This document shows positions 17,460 through 24,634 of a stretch of 64,000 bases of DNA, piece after piece. The stretch lies in assembly GCA_964487565.1 (NCBI GenBank), contig CAZARN010000001.1, positions 93,536 through 157,535 on the forward strand, written 5' to 3'. The notes under the pieces are model-generated. The model saw nothing but the letters and a program-made list of their open reading frames with translations, did no database searches and was not told the DNA's origin. The position numbers and the translations under genes are program-made. The first letter of the stretch is position 1. Each line of letters begins with the position of its first letter. Source of the stretch: an uncultured Clostridium sp. Its GTDB lineage: Bacteria; Bacillota; Clostridia; Christensenellales; CAG-138.

Positions 17460-18431
17460 CTCAACGACCTCGTCGATGGTGCCAAAGTACTTCACGAAGT
17501 GAGCCTTGGTCATGGCGTTGCTGCCGTCATACTGGAAGCCAAGAAGCGCGAGGAAGTTATCGAACACGGCCTTGATGGCTTCGTACCTGCCGGTGGTGTC
17601 GCTGACGCCCCAGGCTTCAGTATCGTCGACACGGAAGATGTAGCCGCCGTTGGAAGCGGTGGAACGGGTGACATAATAAGTGCCGTCGCCTTTGCCGCCG
17701 TTGGCAACAGTCAGTTTGATCGCGCTGCCGGCGTCATCGTTCACATAGCCGTCCTTGACGGGGAACACAACAGTGTTCTTGCCATCGAAGATGGAGAAGG
17801 TGCCTTCGGTTGCGGCATCAACACCATTTGCGGTAACGGTGAAGGACTTGGTTCCCTTTGCGTTGTAAGCAACGAAGGTGTCCCCTTCCCACACATTGTA
17901 GTAACCGACGGACGCCTTGACGGTGGCATCCTTGCCGCCGGTGGTGCCCTGGCCTACAAACTCGAACTTGTACTCAAAGCCTTCGCTGGCAGTGTCGAGC
18001 GTGGTGCTCCAGGACTTGGCATCAACAACAACGTTCTTGGTGGTGCCGGCCTCGGAACCATCAGACAGCTTGGTGATATAGGTGGAGACCTTATCGATCT
18101 GGATGTAATCGGTCGAAACCTTTACCTTGAGGCCGCGGGCTGCGAGAAGCTTTACGTTGGCAGCGCTCAGATCGGCCTCGGCGGGGATGCTGACGACGAC
18201 CATGAAGTGCACGGGGGTGCCCTTCACGAGGGGATAGGTAGCGGTGAGCTCCTGATAGAGGCTGCCGAGGACGGCAGTGTTCTCTTTGGTCTCAAGGCCG
18301 TAGAGCTTGAAGGAAATAGCAGTAGCGGGGTCCTCATCAACCTTGATCGGATCCCAACCGGCTGCCATGGTGGGGATGGCGATGGCAAGCGCCATGGCCA
18401 GAGCCAGAACGAGTGCAAACAGTTTCTTCAT
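17307..18431 (-). CDS. Cell-wall-anchored surface protein, paralog A, with a signal peptide and a C-terminal (S/P)PXTG sorting signal (PPQTG)
   Basis: The 374-aa product has the signal peptide MKKLFALVLALAMALAIAIPTMAAGW. Its C-terminus is PPQTGD followed by a hydrophobic segment and a KKVRA tail. The mature region is about 50% identical to paralog B. The track ORF extends upstream to 18509 through an unlikely TTG/ATG extension. The ATG at 18431 matches the start of paralog B. Confidence 0.7.
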   Translation of the reverse strand: MKKLFALVLALAMALAIAIPTMAAGWDPIKVDEDPATAISFKLYGLETKENTAVLGSLYQELTATYPLVKGTPVHFMVVVSIPAEADLSAANVKLLAARGLKVKVSTDYIQIDKVSTYITKLSDGSEAGTTKNVVVDAKSWSTTLDTASEGFEYKFEFVGQGTTGGKDATVKASVGYYNVWEGDTFVAYNAKGTKSFTVTANGVDAATEGTFSIFDGKNTVVFPVKDGYVNDDAGSAIKLTVANGGKGDGTYYVTRSTASNGGYIFRVDDTEAWGVSDTTGRYEAIKAVFDNFLALLGFQYDGSNAMTKAHFVKYFGTIDEVVETLVYPAGYVTVTNPTVEPPQTGDATTVVGFVMIALALVAAAVVTVKKVRA

Positions 18432-18439
18432 CTCAGAAA
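18345..18439. repeat. Inner inverted repeat, left copy (5' end of gene A)
   Basis: This 95-bp segment is identical to the reverse complement of 19815..19909. It covers 8 nt of 5'UTR (TTTCTGAG), the ATG and codons 1–29 (signal peptide ... WDPI). Confidence 0.85.
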
Positions 18440-18543
18440 CCATGCTGCATAAGTATAAATTATATGCCGCCCTGAAAAGGACAGCATTTTTTGGTACGGG
18501 GGTTTGCATCGCGCTTGCTCACATGAAGCCGACAGTGCGGCGC

Positions 18544-19626
18544 TCATCCGCCGCCAGGCCCTGAACCGATATATGTGTTGAGGACTGCGGCCGCCTGCGC
18601 GCGTTTTGCTTCGGTCAGATGGGTGTATATCGCGAGCGTCATCTTCACATCCGCGTGCCTCATGAACGCCTGCGCGCTCTTTATGTCCACGCCCGCATCA
18701 TAAAGCATGGTGCAGTATGTGTGCCGCAGCATATGCGGCGTTATGCTGCCGATGCGCCCCGCGTCCGCGCTCTGACGGATGTGCTTCATCAGGCACGTCC
18801 ACGCGCACACGAACGCGCTGTATGTCATGAGCCCGCCGTCCGCGCCCGGGCATATCCATTCCGAGCGTGAACACGCCTTCTGCTGCGCAAGCGCGCCGAG
18901 AAGCACGGCCGGTATCGGCACGCGGCGCGAGCCCGCGCGGGTCTTGGGCGTTTTGAGCTCCGGCGTATTCTTTGCGAAGGAAACGGCGCGGCGCACGGCA
19001 AGCTCCGAAGCCTCGAAATCGATATCCTCCCACGAAAGCGCAAGCGTTTCGCCCCGGCGAAGTCCGCAGTAAAGCATCAGCATGGAGGCGAGCCACAGCC
19101 TTTGCCCCCGCGCGGCGGTGAACGCCTCCTGCTCATACGCAGAAAGCGCGCGGCGCGGCTCCCGCGCCGCGCCCGCCGCTTCCACGCGGGCGAAAGGATC
19201 GCCCGTCATGAGCCCCTCGTCATTCGCAAAGCCGATTATCTCCCTCACGACGGCCTTGATATCGCGCAGCGTCGTCGCCGCGTATCCCTCGCGCGAAAGC
19301 GCGCAGAGCATATCGCGCAGGTCGTTCGGACGGAGCGCGTCGAGCGCGGTCGAGCCAAGCGCGGGCAGGATGTGTCTGCCGATGAGGGAAGCGTATTTCT
19401 TTTTCGTGTTTGCGGCAAGCGCGGTCTCGCGCTGCGCGAACCATGCTTCCTCGGCCTGCGCGAAGGTCGGCCGCGGTTCCGTTTGGGCTGACGCCGGAGG
19501 GCGCAAACCGTCACATTCGGGGTATTTCCCGAGAAATATGTCGCGGGTTTTGCGCGCGCGGCGCACAAGGTCGAGCCGGCGGCGGTCTTTCCACGCCGCG
19601 TGGCGCGTTTTCAACATAAGCTCCAT
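18544..19626 (-). CDS. Tyrosine-type site-specific recombinase/integrase
   Basis: The 360-aa product has a C-terminal catalytic domain with R...HxxR...Y residues (HMLRHTYCTMLYDAGVDIKSAQAFMRHADVKMTLAIYTHL). It has a GGAAGGAG Shine-Dalgarno sequence. Confidence 0.85.
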   Translation of the reverse strand: MELMLKTRHAAWKDRRRLDLVRRARKTRDIFLGKYPECDGLRPPASAQTEPRPTFAQAEEAWFAQRETALAANTKKKYASLIGRHILPALGSTALDALRPNDLRDMLCALSREGYAATTLRDIKAVVREIIGFANDEGLMTGDPFARVEAAGAAREPRRALSAYEQEAFTAARGQRLWLASMLMLYCGLRRGETLALSWEDIDFEASELAVRRAVSFAKNTPELKTPKTRAGSRRVPIPAVLLGALAQQKACSRSEWICPGADGGLMTYSAFVCAWTCLMKHIRQSADAGRIGSITPHMLRHTYCTMLYDAGVDIKSAQAFMRHADVKMTLAIYTHLTEAKRAQAAAVLNTYIGSGPGGG

Positions 19627-19693
19627 TTATGGAACTCCTTCCTCAAAGCTAAAAGTGCTTCGAAATATTTATTAAGAATTCGTAATAAAAGCG

Positions 19694-19722
19694 TTGACAA
19701 CGGTAATATTAGATGATAATAT
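19694..19722 (+). promoter_or_regulatory. Sigma-A promoter inside the candidate invertible segment, currently oriented toward gene B
   Basis: TTGACA (19694..19699), a 17-nt spacer and TAATAT (19717..19722) are followed by a 5'UTR that contains a small hairpin at 19771..19787 and the AAAGGAG Shine-Dalgarno sequence at 19805..19811. Confidence 0.45.
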
Positions 19723-19814
19723 GATGTCGTGCAATACGGGATAGTACCCAACAGCGGCATTTATTGCCTGCCGGGGTAACGCCCCGGCGACACACACAAA
19801 TTTGAAAGGAGTTT

Positions 19815-19909
19815 TTTCTGAGATGAAGAAACTGTTTGCACTCGTTCTGGCTCTGGCCATGGCGCTTGCCATCGCCATCCCCACCATGGCAGCCGGTTGG
19901 GATCCGATC
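19815..19909. repeat. Inner inverted repeat, right copy (5' end of gene B)
   Basis: This is the reverse complement of 18345..18439 (95 bp, identical). The repeat begins 1 nt after the divergence point of the upstream sequence. Confidence 0.85.
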
Positions 19910-20911
19910 CTGCCGTCCACCACCCCCACTGAGGCCATCACCTTCAAACTTATGGGCCTTCAGACTGAAAAGAACACCGCAGTCCTCGGCGGCCTCTATG
20001 AAGAGCTTACCGCTACTTATCCCCTCGTAAAGGGTACTGCTGTTCACTTCGTGGTTTATGTAAATGTACCCGCCGAAGCGAAGCTCAGCGCCGCCAACAA
20101 GTCCCTTATCGCGAACAGGTATCTCAACCTTAACGTTGCCTGCGATAACATCACTCTTGACAGCGTTACCACCTGGACCAACGGCGTCGAAGGCGCAAAG
20201 GTCAACCTTGCCGGTGCGAAGAGCTTCACCACCGCTTGGGGTACCGGTTGCTACGGTCAGGAATACAAGCTTGAGTTCTGGGGCAGCGGCGTCACCGGCG
20301 GTAAGGATTCCACCGTCAAGGCTTCCCTCGGTTACTACAATGCCTGGGAAAGCACCACTTTCAAAGCTTACAACGCTGACGGCGATCTCGCCTTCACCGT
20401 TACCACCGATAATCTTGACAAGGCTGTTGCGACCTATTTTGAGATCAAGGATGCGGACGGCAACGTCATGAAATTCCCGGTTGCCAAGGGCGTTATCGAT
20501 ACCAGCAAGGTCATCACCCTCAAAGTTGGTTCTAATACCTATGACGTGACCAGGTCCACCGTTTCCGGTATTGCGTTCAAGCTTGCCGAGAAGGTTCTTG
20601 ACGAGAAGAGCACCGGCGACGATGCCAAGACCTATGCAGCGCTGAAGAAAGTCTTTGACAACTACTTCGCAATGCTGGGCTTCACCTATGACGGAGCCAA
20701 CGCCATGACCGCCGAGCACTTCACCAAGTACTTCGGCACCATCGACGAGGTCGTCAATACCCTCGTGTACCCCGCCGGCTATGTCACCGTCACCAACCCC
20801 ACCGTCGAGCCCCCGCAGACCGGTGACGCCACCACCGTGGTTGGCTTCGTGATGATCGCTCTCGCGCTCGTCGCCGCCGCCGTCGTGACCGTCAAGAAGG
20901 TTCGCGCGTAA
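19823..20911 (+). CDS. Cell-wall-anchored surface protein, paralog B, with the same signal peptide and PPQTG sorting signal as paralog A
   Basis: The 362-aa product has its ATG at 19823, preceded by an AAAGGAG Shine-Dalgarno sequence. Its N-terminal 29 aa and C-terminal 50 aa are identical to paralog A. The centre is divergent. Confidence 0.75.
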   Translation: MKKLFALVLALAMALAIAIPTMAAGWDPILPSTTPTEAITFKLMGLQTEKNTAVLGGLYEELTATYPLVKGTAVHFVVYVNVPAEAKLSAANKSLIANRYLNLNVACDNITLDSVTTWTNGVEGAKVNLAGAKSFTTAWGTGCYGQEYKLEFWGSGVTGGKDSTVKASLGYYNAWESTTFKAYNADGDLAFTVTTDNLDKAVATYFEIKDADGNVMKFPVAKGVIDTSKVITLKVGSNTYDVTRSTVSGIAFKLAEKVLDEKSTGDDAKTYAALKKVFDNYFAMLGFTYDGANAMTAEHFTKYFGTIDEVVNTLVYPAGYVTVTNPTVEPPQTGDATTVVGFVMIALALVAAAVVTVKKVRA

Positions 20912-20976
20912 TTCAAACTCCCCGTTGGGGAACCCGATATACGCACAGAAAGCGCCTCCCTCAGGGGGGCGCTTTT
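20759..20976. repeat. Outer inverted repeat, right copy (3' end of gene B plus its terminator)
   Basis: This is the reverse complement of 17242..17459. Confidence 0.85.
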
Positions 20977-20980
20977 TTTG
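20950..20980 (+). terminator. Rho-independent terminator after gene B
   Basis: The hairpin AGCGCCTCCCTCAGGGGGGCGCT is followed by TTTTTTT. Confidence 0.6.
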
Positions 20981-21124
20981 CATCCGCGGGAATATATGTA
21001 TTATATTGTATATTATTGAACAATGCCATGACGCATAAAGCGTGAAACGTTACCTATCGTTGCAAATTCCCGACCGATATTGCAACGCCTGAAATTGTAG
21101 ATTATATATAGCGGACCTGTTTTA

Positions 21125-21153
21125 TTGAACAGGGTGGCCTGGCGTGATAAAAT
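21125..21153 (+). promoter_or_regulatory. Sigma-A promoter candidate for iorAB-ptb
   Basis: TTGAAC, a 17-nt spacer and TAAAAT lie about 60 nt upstream of iorA. Confidence 0.35.
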
Positions 21154-21211
21154 CAAAATGAATTAAAGTAATCCGCCGGTCAATTCCGGCCATAGTGGAG
21201 GCGCATTTCTT

Positions 21212-23008
21212 ATGGAAAGAGAAATCATGAGCGGCAATGAAGCCGTGGCGCGCGGCGTGTATGAGGCGGGCTGCAATGTTGCGGCGGCTTATCCCGGCAC
21301 ACCGAGTACGGAGATACTCGAGAACATAGGAGAAAAATATAAGGACGATATATGGTGCACCTGGGCGTGCAACGAAAAAACCGCCGTGGAGATCGCGTCA
21401 GGCGCATCGATCGGCGGGGCGAGGGCGTTTGCCGCGATGAAGCATGTGGGCATGAACGTTGCCGCGGATCCCATATTCACAATGGGTTATATGGGCGTGA
21501 CGGGCGGGTTCGTGTTTGTTTCTGCGGATGATCCCGGGTGTCATTCCTCGCAGAATGAGCAGGATAACAGACTTTATGCGCCCCATGCGAAGATCGGCAT
21601 GATGGAGCCTTCCGATTCGCAGGAATGCAAGGATTTCACCAAGGCGGCGTTCGAGCTTTCGGAGCGTTTCGACACGCTGATGATGCTGCGCCTGACGACG
21701 CGCGTTTGCCACTCAAAGAGCATCGTCACCCTTGAGGAGCGTCAGCAGACGCCGGTCAGGAAGTATGTGCGCGACCCGAAAAAATTCGCCATGCTGCCCG
21801 CGCATTCCCGTCCGCGGCATATATATCGCGAGGAAATGCTGGCCAAAATGGAGGAGTATGCAAACGACTGTCCGTTTAACCGCGTGGAGAGCGCCTCGGG
21901 CGAAAGTGACATCGGCGTCGTGACCTCCGGCATATCGTATCAACACGCAAGGGAAGTTTTCGGCACAAGCGTGCACTATCTCAAGCTTGGCCTCACCTAT
22001 CCCCTGCCGCGCAAGCTCATTAAGGACTTTTGCAGCAAGCACAAGACCATATATGTTATAGAGGAAAACGACCCGTATCTTGAAAACGCCGTGCGCGAGG
22101 AAGGGTTCACAAACTGCATCGGCAAGGCGAGGCTCCCCATCTGCGGCGAGCTCAACGCCCAGATAATCCGCGATGCGTTTCTGCCGGGCACCGGCGCTGA
22201 AGGCTACGCCGCCTGCGGCGTTACGCCGCCGCCGCGTCCGCCGGTGCTTTGCGCAGGCTGCCCGCACAGGGGCTTCTTCTATTCGCTCGGCAAGTTCATC
22301 GGCAAGCCGAACGGCATCGTGCCCTGCGGCGATATAGGCTGCTATACGCTCGGCATCAACGCGCCGCTCAACGGGCTTGACACCACGATCTGCATGGGCA
22401 GCGGCATATCCTCGATAATCGGCATGGCGAAGGCGCTGGAGCTTCAGGGCGACGGCAGGAAGCCTCTCGGCTGCCTTGGGGATTCGACCTTCTTCCACAG
22501 CGGGCTTGTTTCCCTGATCGACGTCGTCAACAACGAGGCGAACGTGATCGCCTGCATTCTCGACAATTCCATAACCGCCATGACCGGTCATCAGGAAAAC
22601 CCCGGCACGGCGAAAAACCTCATGGGCAATCCTTCGCCCGTGATCGATATCGAGTCGCTGGTGCTTGCGACGGGCATTGCGCCTGAGCGCGTGCGCGTGG
22701 TCGATCCGATCGATGTCGCCGCGGTACAGTCCGCGGTGCAGGCCGGTCTTGATGTGAAGGGGCCGTTTGTGATAATCACCAAGCGTCCGTGCGTGCTTAT
22801 CAAGGAAGTCGCGCGCGCGAACGCCGGCAAGTATTGCAGGATCGATCCCGACAAATGCCGCGGCTGCAGGATGTGCATGAAGATATCGTGTCCTGCCATA
22901 GCGTTCAGCGAGGGAAAAGCGCGCATCATCGACCCGGCGTCCTGCACGGCATGCGGGCTGTGCATGGAAATGTGCAAATTCGGTGCGATCGAAAGGATCG
23001 GTGAGTGA
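21212..23008 (+). CDS. iorA: Indolepyruvate ferredoxin oxidoreductase subunit alpha (IorA)
   Basis: The 598-aa product has a TPP-dependent 2-oxoacid:ferredoxin oxidoreductase alpha domain and C-terminal 2x[4Fe-4S] motifs (CRGCRMCMKISCP...CTACGLCMEMCKFGAI). Confidence 0.85.
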   Translation: MEREIMSGNEAVARGVYEAGCNVAAAYPGTPSTEILENIGEKYKDDIWCTWACNEKTAVEIASGASIGGARAFAAMKHVGMNVAADPIFTMGYMGVTGGFVFVSADDPGCHSSQNEQDNRLYAPHAKIGMMEPSDSQECKDFTKAAFELSERFDTLMMLRLTTRVCHSKSIVTLEERQQTPVRKYVRDPKKFAMLPAHSRPRHIYREEMLAKMEEYANDCPFNRVESASGESDIGVVTSGISYQHAREVFGTSVHYLKLGLTYPLPRKLIKDFCSKHKTIYVIEENDPYLENAVREEGFTNCIGKARLPICGELNAQIIRDAFLPGTGAEGYAACGVTPPPRPPVLCAGCPHRGFFYSLGKFIGKPNGIVPCGDIGCYTLGINAPLNGLDTTICMGSGISSIIGMAKALELQGDGRKPLGCLGDSTFFHSGLVSLIDVVNNEANVIACILDNSITAMTGHQENPGTAKNLMGNPSPVIDIESLVLATGIAPERVRVVDPIDVAAVQSAVQAGLDVKGPFVIITKRPCVLIKEVARANAGKYCRIDPDKCRGCRMCMKISCPAIAFSEGKARIIDPASCTACGLCMEMCKFGAIERIGE

Positions 23009-23009
23009 T

Positions 23010-23585
23010 ATGGCAAAGAGCATACTTCTTGTTGGCGTGGGCGGACAGGGCACCATCCTTATTTCCAAAATACTGACGGCGGGTCTGACCCAGATGGGTT
23101 ATCAGGTCAAGATGAGCGAGATCCACGGCATGAGCCAGCGCGGCGGCAGCGTCACCACGCAGATAAAATACGGGGATGAGGTCCACGCGCCAAACATCGG
23201 CATCGCCGAGGCGGACATGATAATTTCCTTTGAGAAGGCGGAAGCCGTGCGCGCGCTGCCTTCGCTCAAAAAGGGCGGACTGCTCATCACAGACGAGCGT
23301 GAGATCTATCCCGTGCCGGTGCTTTCCGGCGCGGCGGAGTATCCGCACGACGCGATCGACGCGCTGAGGCGCGTTGTGGATCCGGGCAAGCTTCTGGTGA
23401 TAAAGGCTGCGGAAACAGCGGAAAAGCTCGGTTCCATCAAGGCGCAGAACATCGTGCTTCTGGGCGCGTTCGTCAAGGCGATGAAACTTGAAAACGTTGA
23501 CTGGAAGGCGCTTGTCGCAAAATTCGTACCCGCAAAGGCGAGAGAAATGAACCTTGCCGCATATGACGCCGGCTACAATATGTAA
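23010..23585 (+). CDS. iorB: Indolepyruvate oxidoreductase subunit beta (IorB)
   Basis: The product begins MAKSILLVGVGGQGTILISKIL... and belongs to the gamma-type subunit family. The ATG at 23010 lies immediately after the iorA stop codon. Confidence 0.8.
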   Translation: MAKSILLVGVGGQGTILISKILTAGLTQMGYQVKMSEIHGMSQRGGSVTTQIKYGDEVHAPNIGIAEADMIISFEKAEAVRALPSLKKGGLLITDEREIYPVPVLSGAAEYPHDAIDALRRVVDPGKLLVIKAAETAEKLGSIKAQNIVLLGAFVKAMKLENVDWKALVAKFVPAKAREMNLAAYDAGYNM

Positions 23586-23669
23586 TTGACATCTGCGTCG
23601 CGACTGGTAAAATTAATAAAGGGCCGACCGGTAATATCGGTCGGCCTGATTTTGTTTGCGAGGTATGGG

Positions 23670-24569
23670 ATGTTCAGAAGTTACAGCGATATCGTGACTG
23701 CGTGCAAACGCAGTGAAAAGGAAAGGACCATGGCCATCGCCGGCGCGCAGGACGGGCCTGTGCTCGACGCCGCGCTCAGGGCCGAGGATGAGAATATAGC
23801 AAATCCGATATTCATCGGGGATGACGCGCGTATAAGGGAGCTGCTGCGAAGGCGCGACCGCAATCCTTCCGATTATAACATAATCGAAGGGGACGACCGT
23901 AAAAGCGCGGAGACCGCCGTCAGCCTCGTGCTTGATGGCAGCGCGAACCTTCTCATGAAGGGGCTTATCGAAACGCGCGACATGCTCCATCCCGTCGTTG
24001 CCCATCTCGGGACGGGCGACCTGATGAGCCATGTGGCGTTTTTCGGCAACGTGCCGCATTTTCCGCGCCTTATCGTTGTGACCGACGCGGGCATGGTGAT
24101 GTATCCGACGCTTGAGGAGAAGGCCGGCATAATCAACAACGCCGTGCGCACATTGCTCAAGATGGGATATTCGTGGCCGCGGGTGGCGGTGCTGTGCGCG
24201 ATCGAATTCATCAATCCGAAGATGAAGGAATCGGTTGAAGCGGCGAAGCTGCGCGAGATGAACCTTTCCGGCGAAATACCCAACTGCACGGTCTACGGCC
24301 CGATATCATACGATATCGCCATGGATGCGCAGATCGCGATGCACAAGGGCTATTATTGCCCGTATTGCGGCGATTTTGATATTTTGCTTGTGCCGGATAT
24401 CAACTGCGGCAACCTTTTGAGCAAGAGCCTTATGGTCACTGCGGGAGCGAAGCTCGGCGGCATCGTCGTGGGTGCGAAAGCGCCGATAGTGCTGACGTCG
24501 CGCGGCTCATCCGCCGAGGAAAAGTTCAATTCGATTGCCATTGCGGCGCTCACCGCAAGCCGAAGCTGA
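23670..24569 (+). CDS. ptb: Phosphate butyryltransferase / phosphate acyltransferase (Ptb family)
   Basis: The 300-aa product aligns with Ptb (....MAIAGAQDGPVLDA...NPIFIGD...LMKGLIETRDMLH...MSHVAFF...VVLTSRGSSAEEKFNSIAIAALT). The ATG at 23670 has a GCGAGG Shine-Dalgarno sequence. The track ORF starts at 23586. Confidence 0.75.
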   Translation: MFRSYSDIVTACKRSEKERTMAIAGAQDGPVLDAALRAEDENIANPIFIGDDARIRELLRRRDRNPSDYNIIEGDDRKSAETAVSLVLDGSANLLMKGLIETRDMLHPVVAHLGTGDLMSHVAFFGNVPHFPRLIVVTDAGMVMYPTLEEKAGIINNAVRTLLKMGYSWPRVAVLCAIEFINPKMKESVEAAKLREMNLSGEIPNCTVYGPISYDIAMDAQIAMHKGYYCPYCGDFDILLVPDINCGNLLSKSLMVTAGAKLGGIVVGAKAPIVLTSRGSSAEEKFNSIAIAALTASRS

Positions 24570-24584
24570 ACAGGGCGCATAATG

Positions 24585-24620
24585 ATAAAAAAGGGGCCGC
24601 ACGCTCACGCGCGCGGCCTT
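24585..24620. terminator. Bidirectional terminator between the convergent ptb and fbp genes
   Basis: The stem GGCCGCACGC/GCGCGCGGCC has an A6 tract on one side and a TTGCTGTTT tract on the other. Confidence 0.55.
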
Positions 24621-24634
24621 GCTGTTTCCGGCGG

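Larger units (their letters stand above)
18440..19814. mobile_element. Candidate invertible DNA segment (about 1375 bp) bounded by the inner inverted repeats
   Basis: It lies between the two 95-bp inverted repeats. It contains the tyrosine recombinase gene, the only strong sigma-A promoter (TTGACA-N17-TAATAT) and the only AAAGGAG Shine-Dalgarno sequence, which currently face gene B. Confidence 0.45.

Noticed and set aside
17199-18452. A 417-aa ORF on the plus strand and a mirror-image 424-aa ORF at 19709..20983 on the minus strand, with identical N-termini (…KRPPEGGAFCAYIGFPNGEFELRANLLDGHDGGGDERES…)
   Set aside because: They are the antisense frames of the two surface-protein genes. Their identity simply reflects the inverted repeats. 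They are open only because of GC-rich codon bias. They have no Shine-Dalgarno sequence, and the Gly/Asp-rich translation has no domain.
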